A stretch of 64,000 nucleotides of DNA from Mobula hypostoma (Eukaryota). Below the pieces are notes generated by a model. It was not told where the DNA came from, made no database searches, and saw nothing but the letters and a program-made list of their open reading frames with translations. Positions 1 through 12,459 of the stretch are shown one piece after another. Location: positions 62,498,001-62,562,000 of the forward strand of contig NC_086108.1 in assembly GCF_963921235.1 (NCBI RefSeq), written 5' to 3'. Each line of letters starts with the position of its first letter. Position 1 is the first letter of the stretch. The position numbers were made by a program, and so were the translations under genes.

Positions 1-600
1 AGAGTCAGACTTAGTACCACTGTGGCCTTCCTCTGCCAGGTCATTCCCCCCCCCCCACAACAATATCAAAGCAGTACACCTGTTGTTGAGGGAAACAGCC
101 ACAGGAGTACTCTGCACCAGCTGCCTATCTCCTTGCCACTCTTGACGGTCACCCAGTAACCTATGTCCTGCACCTTGGGTATAACTACCTCCCTGTATGT
201 CCTCTCTATCACCCCTTTGACCTCCTGAATGATCTGGAGTTCATCCACTTCCAGCTCCATCTTCTTAATGCAGATCGATAGAAACTGCAGCTGGATGCAC
301 TTCGTGCAAGGGTAGTCATTAGGGACATTGGAGGACTCCCTGCCTTTCCACATCTCGTAAATGGAGCAAGAGGCTGGCCACTCTGCTTAATCCTAATTTA
401 TTTTTATCTGTCCTTGCCAAGTGCCGAATTATGTGCAAGCCAATGCCTCCATGGGAACTGTGGCATGCAAAATGTGCGGACTGCTCCAGCTCACTTCTTT
501 TAAACTCTCTCTCTAAGCAGTCCAATGACTCCTCAGGACTGCGGCACACAAAATGCACTGACAGCTCCCACTTGCTTCTTTTAAACTCTCTCCCTCCCTC
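1..600 (-). mobile_element. CR1 LINE 5' region: ORF1 N-terminal fragment plus probable 5'UTR with two ~75-bp tandem units
   Basis: ORF 66..353 (DYPCTKCIQLQFL...ELEVDELQIIQEVKGVIERTYREVVIPKVQ...WVTVK) resembles the Cys-rich/coiled-coil N-terminus of fish CR1 ORF1. Two related units ending cttcttttaaactctctc lie at ~446-512 and ~527-594. Confidence 0.75.
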
Positions 601-1399
601 TACACAATCTGATGAGGCCCCAAGCCAGAAGATAGAACAAGGCTGGAACATGAAATAAACATCTATTTAATAAAGCCACTCAACTGCAAAAATCTCAAGA
701 CCCATCAGTTCATCCCAAAGCACGACTACTTAAATAGTTTACTCAAGATCGTTCGAGACATTGATAGGATCAGTGACCAGTCCACTGGGATTGGTTGCCA
801 GCTGACCAACAGGCAATCATTGTTTTGGTTTGCCATAAATTGAGCAGGTATCCAAAGAGTTAGTGTGCAGATTTGTGCTCTTTTTGCAAGATGACAGGTC
901 ACAGAGTTCAGATCTGAGAGCAAGCTATTTATGTATGTTGCATGTCATGTCAACACACCACAATAAATACCGATAGATAGATGGATATATATATATTATA
1001 ATAAAAGCTTGATATTTACTATTTGGAGCAGGATTCTGTGATGATAAGAACAGATAGATGTGAAGGATTACAGTATGTCAGATTCTCTCAGATGATTCTG
1101 GCTGAGTTATACTTCATTAAAAAATTTTGTGATGGAAAGAGCCTTTATTTCTACAGGGCAGACCATGGCTTTGCACGCTTATTATGAAAATTATCTATAC
1201 ATAAGAAATCCAAAAGTTGTTTTGAAAATATTGCCTTCCTCATTCACTTCCTTCTTCTTTTGCTTCTGTAGGTCCTTGTTCTGTGCTTGCACTTCATTGT
1301 GCTTTAGAATTGATCTTCTTCCCTCCAACGTTTGCAGCTGTCTCCGAAAGGCAAGGTTATGGTGCTTGCCTCAGATAATGATAAAGTTAATGACAGCGC

Positions 1400-2300
1400 A
1401 TCAACCTGGACCTTTCCATCAACAAAGAAGATAAAGCTTTAGATACTCTATGGAAGTTGTCACTGAGATTTATGGCATTCTGTACAAAGACCTTTTGACC
1501 ACGCCCTTGCAACGGACTTCTCTTACCCTCAGGGTCTAAGTCACATTGACTCTCAACTTTCTTAGCATCAGGTTGCTAAAGTGACCACTATCGATGTCTG
1601 CTTCAGCACAGACATCATGGAGATATTGTATTGAAAAGGAATGACTTCAATTAGAATGTCATCCACTGGGATTTGCTGGTGGTGCTTGTTTCCTATGAGA
1701 ACTGGCAGCTACTAGCAGTCCCTGCGTGCCCAGAAGAGCTCCAATTAGTAATCCAATATTTTCATCAATGGTAGCAAGATCAGAAAATCCTGGAAAAAAA
1801 ATCAAAAGGTCAGTCAATGTCTGTAGAAAGAGCAACAGAGTTCATGTTTCAGGTCAGTGAAATATTGTTGGAACAGTGCTGGTTCTAGCATAGTGTCAGT
1901 ACCACTGTTTCTCTCGCCTCAAATTTTACCTGACCAAATGAGAATTCATGGCATTTTCCACTTCTGTTTCATATTTCCAGCATCTGATGTAGCATGTTGA
2001 TTTTCTTTTCTTCACTTGCATAATGGGCAGATAGTTATGGGATATGAGAAGGTTTTTCTTGGAACTGCAGATCCTTCTTCCTGAGATTCCATTGTCTGCA
2101 TCAGACCAGGACATTCTTCATACAGCCTGAGCAGATGTGGAGAGTTATCACCATGTGTTGCATGCTGCACAATCTAGCAAACTGAAGGCAGCAGCTCATG
2201 CAGAAGAGAAGCATGGAGCCCCAAAATGCAAGGGACATGAGGCAGAGTCTGAAGGGTTGCAGAAAGAGAAGGAAAAGGGGAAGATGAAGGTACTTGGGAG
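1400..2300 (+). pseudogene. Degraded PIF/Harbinger (HARBI1-like) transposase remnant, split by an old repeat at ~1780-1990
   Basis: Manual translation gives RYSMEVVTEIYGILYKDLLTTPLQRTSLTLRV*VTLTLNFL(fs)ASG from 1441 and LRFHCLHQTRTFFIQPEQMWRVITMCCMLHNLA from 2081. These match Harbinger transposase N-terminal and C-terminal (RFxCL...CCxLHN) motifs. Confidence 0.65.
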
Positions 2301-2419
2301 GTGTCTATGCCCAGCATCTGCAATCTCATCTCTTTGCTGGGATGGACAACACTATCAGCACTGGCTATGAGATTCCCATGTAGAACAAAACTTTAAATTC
2401 ATAGCGGCATTGCATCACT

Positions 2420-2727
2420 TGGCGTGGCCAAGTGGTTAAAGCGTTCGTCTAGTGATCTGAAGGTCGCTAGTTCGAGCCTTGGCTGAGACAGCGTGTTGTG
2501 TCCTTGAGCAAGGCACTTAACCACACATTGCTCTGCGATGACACCGGTGCCAAGCTGTATGGGTCCTAATACCCTTCCCTTGGACAACATTGGTGGCATG
2601 GAGAGGGGAAACTTACAGCATGGACAACTGCCGGTCTTCCATACAACCTTGCCCAGGCCTGCGCCCTGGAATCCTTCCAAGGTGGAAATCCATGGTCTCA
2701 CGAGACTAACGGATGCCTAAAAAAAAA
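2420..2727 (+). mobile_element. tRNA-derived SINE with poly(A) tail and 11-bp TSD
   Basis: A box tggccaagtgg, B box gttcgagcc, core-like gtgtccttgagcaaggcacttaacc, A10 tail. TSD attgcatcact at 2409-2419 and 2728-2738. Confidence 0.9.
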
Positions 2728-2989
2728 ATTGCATCACTGACCAAAGAAACAAACCCTATTATGTCATGATGATCTCCAAGTACCTGTCCATACTGATCCT
2801 TTTTATTAGCACTTGGTCCAGATTCCTCTACACATCACTGATTCAAGAGTTCATCAAGATACTTATTAAAAATTGTGGAAGTAATTGCCTCCACCTACTC
2901 AAGCAGTATGTTTGTGATTCTAGATTCATATTTCCGCTGAGTCTTCTTTACTGTATTGTGCTGCTATGTTCGAGGTTTGTTGGTCTTTT

Positions 2990-3230
2990 TTAATGAGGTC
3001 CCTCTGTTCCTTGGTATTCCCCAGGACTCTACCATTCATGTATGTCCTAACCTTATTTGTCATCTCAAAATGCATGATCTCACACTTATCAGGATTAACT
3101 TCTATCTTATCCAATGAAATGATCAATGTCATCCTGTAGTCTACTGACAAACAACACACTGATTTTGTGTCATCTGCTAACTTACTAACCACATCTTCTG
3201 CATTTACATCCAAACAGTAAAGTCCCTGTC
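2990..3230 (-). mobile_element. Old CR1 RT fragment
   Basis: ORF 2926..3351 contains VSKLADDTK...NPDKCEIMHF...MNGRVLGNTKEQRDL. Confidence 0.75.
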
Positions 3231-3699
3231 CTTCAGGCTTCCCATTTCTAAAGGAACTCTCCACTTTATTTGTCCACCTGCACTGCATTTTCTCTATAAT
3301 AGTAACATTACATTCTGTATTCTGTTGTTCCCCGTTGTTCTGCTTTGACATACTTTTGTAAGGAATGTTCTGCCTGAATGGCGTGAGAACAAAAGCTTTT
3401 CACTGTATCTTGGTACCTGTGACAATAATAAACCAACCGATCACCATTAATTAATAGCCACCATCACCCTCTATCACTCCCCTATGTGACATTAGATATA
3501 CTGGCCTGTAACTACCTGGAATATCCCTGCTGTATTTCATGAATAAAGCGACAACACATTTGTTTTCATCCTGTCATCTGCCATTTTACTATGTTGCCTT
3601 CAAAACTTTAAAAAAATCACTGTCAAGTCCCTGGTAATCATTCCCTGGAGTGCCTCATTAGATCCTGGAGATTTATCTCACTAAGACATCTTAGTGAGA

Positions 3700-3792
3700 T
3701 TAGTGGGGTTATATGGGAGGCAGGGTTTAAAGGGTTGGCACAACATTGTGGGCCCAAGGGCCTGTACTGTACTGTACTATTCTATGTTCTAC
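3700..3792 (+). mobile_element. CR1 3' terminal fragment
   Basis: ggcacaacattgtgggcc..aagggcctgtactgt...ttctatgttcta closely matches the CR1 3' end at 47820-47875. Confidence 0.8.
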
Positions 3793-4894
3793 AAGGTCCT
3801 TTTTAATATTTCCCTCCCTGAATTTTCCAACTTTGTACTTCTCCTTAGTAAAAGCAGATGAAAAATATGATCTCTGCCTGAACATCTTGAAGGGAAATTC
3901 AGGAATGATCTAGCTGCTTTTCACAGCATGACAGGTGGATTTGAAATTAATTTTTTATGTACTGACCAGGTTCTTAGCAGCCAAGGGTTAATTTTTCACT
4001 TTGGCAAAGAAGGAATACAGTCAGATCTGACTGACTACCAATTACAAATCCCAGCTGTCACACACCCTGCCCGTTGCACAAATCTAGTCATATACCCCAC
4101 CCATTAATTGACCCAGTATTCTTCGATTAAGCCCACAACATTGCACATCTGGCCTGTTACTCATTGATTATTAAGAGCCCCACCCATCACATGTTTTGCC
4201 TATTCACACTCCTCATTTTACACCCCTATTACACAATATCTTTGATGTATTTCTATTGCTCACGCTGGTGTGGACTATGATACTCTTAAGAATCTCTGTT
4301 CTGGCCTATTACGTGCAGATTATTCTTCACCCTATCCATTGTACACTTATCTTGCTAGTGGTCTATTTCTCACTCTACCCAATACACCACTGTTATATTC
4401 TTCTCTCTCAATGTAGCTGCTACTTATCTCACTTACATAACCTCCACACATACTCCATCATTCAGTTGTATACGCACCTATTATGAAAGCATCCTTTACT
4501 TACTTATGATACAGAGGGTCCAAGCTGGCTCCCAGCGGAGAAATCACACCAGTCACTTCTATTTTTTTTTTAACAAAGGCACCTAGATGTTTATGAATAC
4601 TAATATTTAATTGGCATTAATGTTATTGACAATTAACATTAACATGACTTCAATTAGATGAAAATCTCCCACTCGGCTAAAATCTTTATAGTTTACCAAT
4701 TAATGAATCTTGCGTCCCTCCTAAAAAATGCACTCAGAACCACAAATGATCATATAGTACCATACTGAATACCCCCTGTAAATTTAATTATACATCCACT
4801 GGTTTTTTCTATATCTAGAATGCTAAGTTACATCCTCAAAAAAACTATAATAAATCTGTCCGTGCTGGAAGAAGGGATTATTTCTTCTGGCTCC

Positions 4895-5391
4895 ATGAAA
4901 TGACTATGGGGCTGCACAAGGACATACCTGATCAAATCTTTTCCATGGACGGCTTCCAGACCGTTCAGGCTGACCGGGAGTGCACTGAGAGCAGTAATCG
5001 TAAAGGAGTTGGGTGCTTACTGTTCTGGTTAACAATGGATGGTGCAATCCGGGTCATATTACAATCGAGGAACGTGCTCGTAGACCGGATATTGAACTTT
5101 TTGCTGTTGGACCCCAGCCATATTCCACCGAGATACAACACTGGGCGTCACGGGAGGTTGTTCCTGCCTGTGGCCATCGAACTTTGCAGCTCCTCCCGTG
5201 GAGGGTCAGGCACCCTGAGCTAATAGGCTGGTCCTGGACTTATTTCCATCTGGCATAGTTTGCATTTTGTTGTTTGATTGTTTGTGGTTTTTGTTTTGCT
5301 ATATTTATGCTGTATTCTTGGTTGGTGCGGCTGTAACGAAACCCAATTTCCCTTGGGATCAATAAAGTATATCTATCTATCTATCTATCTA
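4895..5391 (+). mobile_element. Rex1/Babar-like LINE, internally deleted (endonuclease piece joined to 3' end), with (ATCT)n tail
   Basis: DGFQTVQADRECTES...VNNGWC...PDIELFAVG is AP-endonuclease-like. It switches at ~5120 to the ORF C-terminus (RLFLPVAIEL) and ends aataaagta(tatc)n. Confidence 0.7.
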
Positions 5392-5775
5392 TAACTATTC
5401 ATTTGAACCTCCACTCATCCTCCACCCTAACTCATTACCAGACAGACAACTGATGCCAGAGCTACCTGCTCCTCACTTCTCACTTGAGGGCTACAGTTAC
5501 TTGACTAGTTGAAGTTTGACGCCAGGTTTGCCACAGATCTCATATGAGCAAGAAGTTTGGAATAATCACCCAGTGTTCCTCCCACCTGATTCTGCTTCTG
5601 GTTTGATTTTCATCAGAGCTTGTCCCTAAAATGCTCAATTTGATGGCTGGCATGAAATTCCACACTGCCTTGGCTGTCTCTGAAACATGAGCTTTTTTTT
5701 TAGCGCACTCTAGTTGTAAGTTTCACTTCAGTAAAGGGCTTTCTCAAATACTTTCTGAAGTACTGTACACTTGGT

Positions 5776-6490
5776 AATTGAATTGAATTGACTTTTCTTA
5801 CATCCTTCACATACATGAGGAGTAAAAATCTTTGTTACATCTCCAACTAAATGTGCAAAATGTAATTTATCATAATTTGTAATAAATAGTGTGTACAACA
5901 GGACAGTCAATATAGCAGAGAAATACAATTGTATCTGCGTGAATTAATCAATCTGATGGCCTGGTGGAAAAAGCTGTCCCAGAGCCTGTTTGATTTGGCT
6001 TTTATGCTATGGTACCATTTCCCGGATGGTAGCAGCTGGAACAGTTTGTGGTTGGGGTGACTCAGATCCCCAATGATCTTTTGGCCCTTTTTTCACACCT
6101 GTCTCTGTAAATGTCCTGAATAATGGGAAGTTCACATCTACAGATGTGCTGGGCTGTCCACACCACTCTCTGCAGAGTGCTGCGATTGAGGGAAGTACAG
6201 TTCCCATACCAGGCAGTTATGCAGCCAGTCATGATGCTCTCAATTGTGCCCCTGTAGAAAGTCTTTAGGATTTGGGGACTCATGCTAAACTTCCTCAACT
6301 GTCTGAGGTGAAAGGGGTGCTGTTGTGCTTTTTTCACCACACAGCCACTATGTACAGACCATGTGAGATCCTCGCTGATATGGATGCCAATGAACTTAAA
6401 GCTGTTCCCCCTCTCAACCCCAGATCCATTAATGTTAGCCTGTCTCCATTCCTTCTGTAGACCACAACCAGCTCCTTTGTTTTTGCCTGG
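5776..6490 (-). mobile_element. Rex1/Babar-like LINE 3' fragment
   Basis: ORF 6062..6340 KKAQQHPFHLRQLRKF...FYRGTIESIMTGCITAWYGNC. (TTCAA)n tail at ~5776-5790. Confidence 0.85.
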
Positions 6491-7011
6491 TTATACTTCC
6501 CACATAGAAACCTTTCACTCTGACCTGCAGGAAAGCTGACTCTGATTTTCTCCACACCAGCTGGGTGAATTCCATTGCCTCATCATTATTGTGAATGACA
6601 CTTGGTTGCATTCCACAGCAGAACAGTCACTGGCCATTTCAACAGCTGAACATGTGGGACTGGTGAATGATAGAGACAGTGGCACAAAACTGAGTCATAA
6701 ATTGGCTGCCCATTCTACATCTCACAGTTTTCTTTTCCATTATGAATGTAATTGAAAGGAACATTGGATGGGACATATAAAGGGTGCAGGGTGTGTGTAC
6801 TGGCTGGGTGGGGGAACATCTGAGGAGTGAGGGTGGTTGTATGATGGCAAGTATCTGAAGAGCAGATGTGCAGAATGCATGGCACAATAGTGACGTAATC
6901 TATCTGGAATTGCCTCTTCTCCCTGTGGCCTTATGGATTCCCATCAGATTCTCCAGTTTTCCTCATATCCCAGTAGTGCACTGGTAGATTAATTCACTGT
7001 TGTAAGTGATC

Positions 7012-7610
7012 ACAATCAGAACCAGAATCAGGTTTAGTATCACTGGCATATGTCGTGAAATTTGTTCACTTAGTGGCAGCAGTACAATGAAATACATGAT
7101 ACATATAGAAAAAAATAAATGAATTACAGGAAGTATATATATATGTATATTAAATAGGTTATTTAAAAATAGTACAAAAACAAAAATAATTTAAGAAGTG
7201 AGCTAGTAGTCATGAGTTCAATGTCCATTTAGAAATCAGATGACAGATGGAAACAAGCTGTTTCTGAATCGCTGAGTGTGCGCCTTCAGGCTTCTGTACC
7301 TCCTTCCTCACAGTAACAACGAGAAGAGGGCATGTCCTGGGTGATGGTAGTCCTTAATGACGGATGCCAACTTTCTGAGGCCCCGCTCCTTGAAGATGTC
7401 CTGGAAACTGACAGAGGCTAGTACCGTCGATGGAGCTGACTAATTTTACAACTCTCTGCAACTTACTTCAATCCTATGCAGTAGCCCCTTCCCATGTACT
7501 AGACGGTGATGCAGCCTGTCAGAGTGCTCCCCATGGTACATCAGTAAAAGTTTTTGAGTGTTTTAAGTGACAAACCAAATCTCTTCAAGCTCCTAATGAA
7601 ATACAGCCAT
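7012..7610 (-). mobile_element. Rex1/Babar-like LINE 3' fragment
   Basis: Reverse complement of a typical 3' end (aaacctgattctggttctg tail) plus C-terminal coding remnants. Confidence 0.75.
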
Positions 7611-7904
7611 GGGTAAGTGCAAGAGGATCAAGGGGGTTTTATGGGAAGATGAAGAAGAATAAGTGACTGGTGTGATTTCTCCGCTGGGTGCCAGCTTGGA
7701 CCCTCTGTATCTAACAATAGTTAGCACGAGACATGACAGGCTATTGGCAATATTGGCCTTTATTATAGTGAGGAATCGACTGGTACAAGGAGGCCTAATA
7801 ATCTGAAAGGAATGGCTGGTGACTACTAACCAATCATTTTGGTAACTTTGTGTGTGTTCTTTGGAATATTATCAAAATTAAATCTAGCAATATTATTTGA
7901 GTTA

Positions 7905-9670
7905 AATCAACCGCTTATAGGACACAATAGGACTTCGCTCTGAGATGAGCTCAATGCCTTCTATGTTCACTTTGCTGTCAAAATATGGAGGAATCATCAT
8001 GAACTCTCACATCCCCCAATGATCCTATGATTTCAGTCTCTGAAGCTGGCGTGCGAGAATGAACCCATGAACAGCATCTGGCCCAGATGGGGTATGTGGC
8101 CAAGTACTACAGTCCTGTGCTGATCAACTGGCTAATGTGTTCTGCTCACAGAGATCTTTAACCTCTTGCTTCAGCAGTATGTAGTATCTGCCTTCGCAGG
8201 CTTCAATTATACTGGTGCTCAGGAAGAGCATGATGACCTGCCTTAATAACTATCACCAGTAGCACTTACGTTCACAATGATGAAATGTTTTGAGAAAATG
8301 GTGATGAAATATTTACTCCTGCCTCAGAAGTGACTTCGATCTGTTCTAATATGCCTACCGGAGCAAAAGGTCCACAGCAGATGTCATCTCATTGACTCTT
8401 CACTCAACCCTGGAACATCCGGACAGCAAAGGTGCATACATCAGGATGCTCTTTATCAGCTACAGCTCAGCATTCCATACCATCATCCTCTCAAAACTAA
8501 CCAATAAGTTCCAAGACTGTGGCCTCGATAAATCCTTGTGCAATTGAATCCTGGATTTCCTCACTTGTAGACCCCAGTCAGTTCAGATTGACAGCAACAT
8601 CTCCTCCAAGATCTCCATCAGCACAGGCGTTCCACAAGGCTGTGTGCTTAGTCCTGTGTTGAACTCTCTTTGCACTTATGACCGTGAGGCTAAGCACAGC
8701 TCCAATGTCATTTTCAGTTTGCTGATGACACCAGTGTTGTAGGCTGAATCAAAGGTGGTGATGAATCAGCATATAGGAGGGAGATTGAAAATCTGGCTGA
8801 GTGGTGCCATAACAACAACCTCTTACTCAAGGCCAGCAAGACCAAAGAGCTGATTATTCACTTCAGGAGGAGGAAATCAGAGGTCCATGACTCAGTCTTC
8901 AATGGAGGATCAGAGGTGAAGAGGGTCAGCAACTTTAAACTCCTCAGTTTCAGAGGACTCAGCTCATAAGCAGTGCCTCTACTTCCTTAGGAGTTTGCAA
9001 AGATTTGGCATGACATCTCAAACTTTGACAAACTTCTATAGATGTGTGGTGGAGAATGTATTAACTGGCTGCATCACAGCCTGGTATGGAAATACCAATG
9101 CCCTTGAATGGAAAACCTACAAAAAGTAGTGGATACGACCCAGTCCATCACAGGTAAAGTCCTCCCCACCTTTGAGCACCTCTACAGGAAGCGTCACTGG
9201 AAAGCAGCATTCATCATCAGGGTCTCCCATCACCCATGTCATGATCTTTTCTCGTTGTTGCCATCAGAAAGGACAGGAACCTCTGAACTCACGCCACCAG
9301 GTTCAAGAACAGATATTATCCCTCAGCCATCAGGCTCTTGAACTAAGGGGGATAACTTCACTCAGCTTCACTTGCCCCATCATTGAAATGTTCCCACCAC
9401 CAATGGACTCACTTTCAAGGACTCTTCACCTTGTGTTCCAATATTTATTGCTTATATATTTATTATTATTTGTGCTTTTTGTATTTGCACAGTTTGTTGT
9501 CTTCTGCACTCTGGTTGAACGCCCTAGTTGGATGGTTTTTCATTGATTCTGTTGTAGTTATTAGTCTATAGATTTATTGAGTATGCCCACAAGAAAATGA
9601 ATCACAGGATTGTATATGGTGACGTGTATGTACTTCGATAATAACATTTACTTGGAAGTTTGAACTTTGA
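7905..9670 (+). mobile_element. Rex1/Babar-like LINE, decayed RT and 3' end
   Basis: Remnants of [29 protein letters not shown] and GCITAWYG motifs with many frameshifts. Ends with a (TTTGAAC)-type tail. Confidence 0.85.
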
Positions 9671-10985
9671 ACATTAATTATCAATATTTCAAACATACGC
9701 ATTTTAGTTCTATTACCTTTTTTATGCTTTTCAGTTTTTAAAATATTTGATTATATATTGTATCACAAAATAAATAAATATAAATGATTTGCTTTCTTTT
9801 GGAATGATCTTATCAACAGCCTGTTGATAACTTTGATAGGTGGTTGAGCCAGTGAGTCCAAATTAGCCAGTTATCAAAGTTTCTCAACTGACTACCCCTC
9901 AGCACATGAAGCAATTTGCAAAAGGACAACCTGTCCATCTCAGAAGTGATGGATTTTCAATGTCCAGGAAATCCATAACCATGTATTCAGAAAAATTATG
10001 CATGAATTTAGTCCTTAAAGCACAGATGGCTTCCTCCTGACTACAAAATCTTAGCCACAGAGTCCTTTGCCAGGAAGAGTTGTCCTTGCACATTTAGGTT
10101 TTTGATTTTTTGCCAGCTGCTGATAAGGTGAGGTGACAGTATTTCACTATATGAAATAGGAAGAGGAAGTCTTAAGCCTTGGAATATTTTTAATATGTTA
10201 AAGATGCCAGTAATTAATACTGATTGGAAATGAGAAAGGGAAAATGATAGAAAGAAAAACAAATAAGACCTTTAAAGAATTTCCAATTTAATTTCACCCT
10301 GAATCCCTACATTCTTAATGGCTCCTTTTAAGTACCAGAGAACTGAATATCACAATTAGCACTAAACACCCTGAGAAATGGATATCTTTCACTTGTAATG
10401 ACAAGACTTAGCTTGTTTGTTTGTAACTCCTATACATTGTATATCATTGGAAAAGTAGATGACAAGATGCTACTTCTATGAAGTTATCAGCAGAGAGGAA
10501 AAATACTGCTCAGCTACTTTTGGAAATTGACATTTAAATATGCATCTGATCCTCTGCTCATGTTACTGAACCGTATACCCATTACAATAATCATCAACTC
10601 TATGCGTCTCACAGTTATTTTGGTACCGAAGTCTGGCTCCAGAAAATGTACAAATCCTCTTGTTCTGGAAGATATCGATCATTGATTTATTAGAAATAAT
10701 TGAACAAATTCTGGAACTCATTGACTGAATTGTTAAGGTATTATCAACCTCATCTTATTGAGTATTTGGGTTATATATGTGATGTTCAGATTATTTAACA
10801 TTGTGAAGAGCACAGAGCCAAAGGGCATTTCCACAGAAAGAAGTCACAGGATATATGACTATTGTTGTTACCTGTAATATCAATTTTCGATAAAGGAACC
10901 AATAGAGAATCTTCAGAGAGTTATTAAAAGAGCCAAGACCCTTTCAGAATTAAAATTGGAATTCAAAGGTATAGTGTGTGCATCC

Positions 10986-11202
10986 TGCTATGTTTTGTAA
11001 CTTCAATACATTGAGATAATTGACAAGAAAACAAAGAAGTCTGAACTGCGAGTCCAACTTAGTTTTTTTAAGTAAGGTGCCCACAGTAGTGTTATTTTTT
11101 ACATATAACCCGTAATGAATTATTTAAATGAAGAAGAACGCTTAATCAAACAATATATTTGCAGTATTACTCAAATATTAATGAAATACTAGATACACAA
11201 CA
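10986..11202 (-). repeat. 3' LTR
   Basis: Shares catataacc..aatgaattatttaaat...gcttaatcaaacaat...tacacaaca with 13322-14579, 17086-17338 and 56082-56315. Polypurine tract immediately inside. Confidence 0.85.
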
Positions 11203-11359
11203 CTCCTCCCTGCATACTCAACTCAATACAGAATGCAGCTCAGTATTCCATGTAATACAACTACTATACTGCCATTCAGAGCATAGAGTTTTTTATATTG
11301 TCCCATTCAGGCCCAAAGATTTAATCTCTGTGGAGGATTTCTTATTCTTGTGGGATAAC

Positions 11360-11714
11360 CTTTCGTCCCTCTTCCCTCCAGGAGAAGGCTCAGGAGCTTG
11401 AAGACTCATACAGCCAGATTTGGGAACAGCTTCTTTCCAACTGTGATAAGACTGCTGAACGGATCCTGACCTGGATCTGGGCCATACCCTCCAAATATCC
11501 GGACCTGCCTCTCGGTTTTTTTGCACAACCTTACTTTCCATATTTCTATTTTCTATTTATAATTTATAATTTAAATTTTTAACATTTACTAATTTTTAAT
11601 ATTTTTAATATTTAATATTTGAAATTCAGGGAGTGGGAAACACAGAATCAAATATCGCTGTGATGATTGTGCGTTCTAGTACCAGTTGTTTGGAAACAAT
11701 AAAGTATAAAGTAT
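11360..11714 (+). mobile_element. Rex1/Babar-like LINE 3' fragment inserted in the Gypsy 3' internal region
   Basis: aacagcttctttccaactgtgataagactgctgaac (NSFFPTVIRLLN) and aataaagtataaagtata tail. Confidence 0.8.
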
Positions 11715-11851
11715 AATATCTTTCCTGACAAGGGGAGCCACTCTGTTTGACAGGTGAGACTTGTGGCTGTGGAACAATCTCAGGTGATGGGGCCTCCTCT
11801 ATGGTGGTTGACTCTGAGACCGCTGGAGGTGGTTCTGATAGGCCTGGACAC

Positions 11852-12413
11852 CTTTCTTGTCCTTTTTCTTCTTTCTAGAATGCACTTCTTGATCTTGGGA
11901 AAGTGTGTCGAGTTCACTGGAGTATTCTCTTAATAATTCTTCTATTGCTCCTTTTAAGATCTGATCTCTCCTCTTGGTTTCCTCATCTACAAAGCCATCT
12001 GACGAATCCTCTGTTTTTGTATCTCCATTGATTCCTTTATTTCTGGCCTTCCATTTGTCCAGCTTGGTTTTGGTCTTTGCATCTACTTTTACAAGCAGCT
12101 TTTTGTCTCGCGCTTGAAGTTCATACAATAACCTTAATACACACAGAGTAGATTCTGGTTCTTTATATTCACAAAAGCAGAATGCTTGCAACTTTTCTGA
12201 AGCTCCTTGAACTCTCTCCCAGCTTAAAACCTAGCCACATTTTACAAATAACTGCCTGATTAACATATCAGAAGCTTTCTCAGATATGTTGCCTACAAAA
12301 TCTGTTGTGGTCAGATCAGTACTTTCATCACTTTCAGTCTTCCTTTGAGCAGCATAGGCTTTCCTTGCTCTAATATTCTTTCCAGCTGAAGACAGAGAAG
12401 TTGGCCCAAATAC
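11852..12413 (-). pseudogene. RBM25: Intronless RBM25 (RNA-binding motif protein 25) fragment covering the RRM and following acidic/basic region, one in-frame stop
   Basis: One frame reads VFGPTSLSSAGKNIRARK...TTTDFVGNISEKASDMLIRQLFVKCG*VLSWERVQGASEKLQAFCFCEYKEPESTLCVLRLLYELQARDKKLLVKVDAKTK...DEETKRRDQILKGAIEELLREYSSEL...SRKKKKDKK. This is colinear with vertebrate RBM25 as I recall it (TTTVFVGNISEKASDMLIRQLLAKCGLVLSWKRVQGASGKLQAFGFCEYKEPES). TAG at 12231-12233; no introns. Confidence 0.93.
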
Positions 12414-12459
12414 CCATTTCCCCACTGCTGGGCAATGGTTCATGGTGTACAGCATGGAG

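Noticed and set aside
1660..1792. Minus-strand terminal exon after ttttttttccag
   Set aside because: The apparent acceptor lies inside an old repeat remnant, and the surrounding region is better explained as a plus-strand Harbinger fossil.
2420..2492. tRNA gene
   Set aside because: No proper acceptor stem, and it continues into a SINE body with poly(A) and TSD.
11852..12413. Functional RBM25 locus
   Set aside because: No introns, no N- or C-terminal (PWI) regions, an in-frame stop, and it is embedded in an LTR element.
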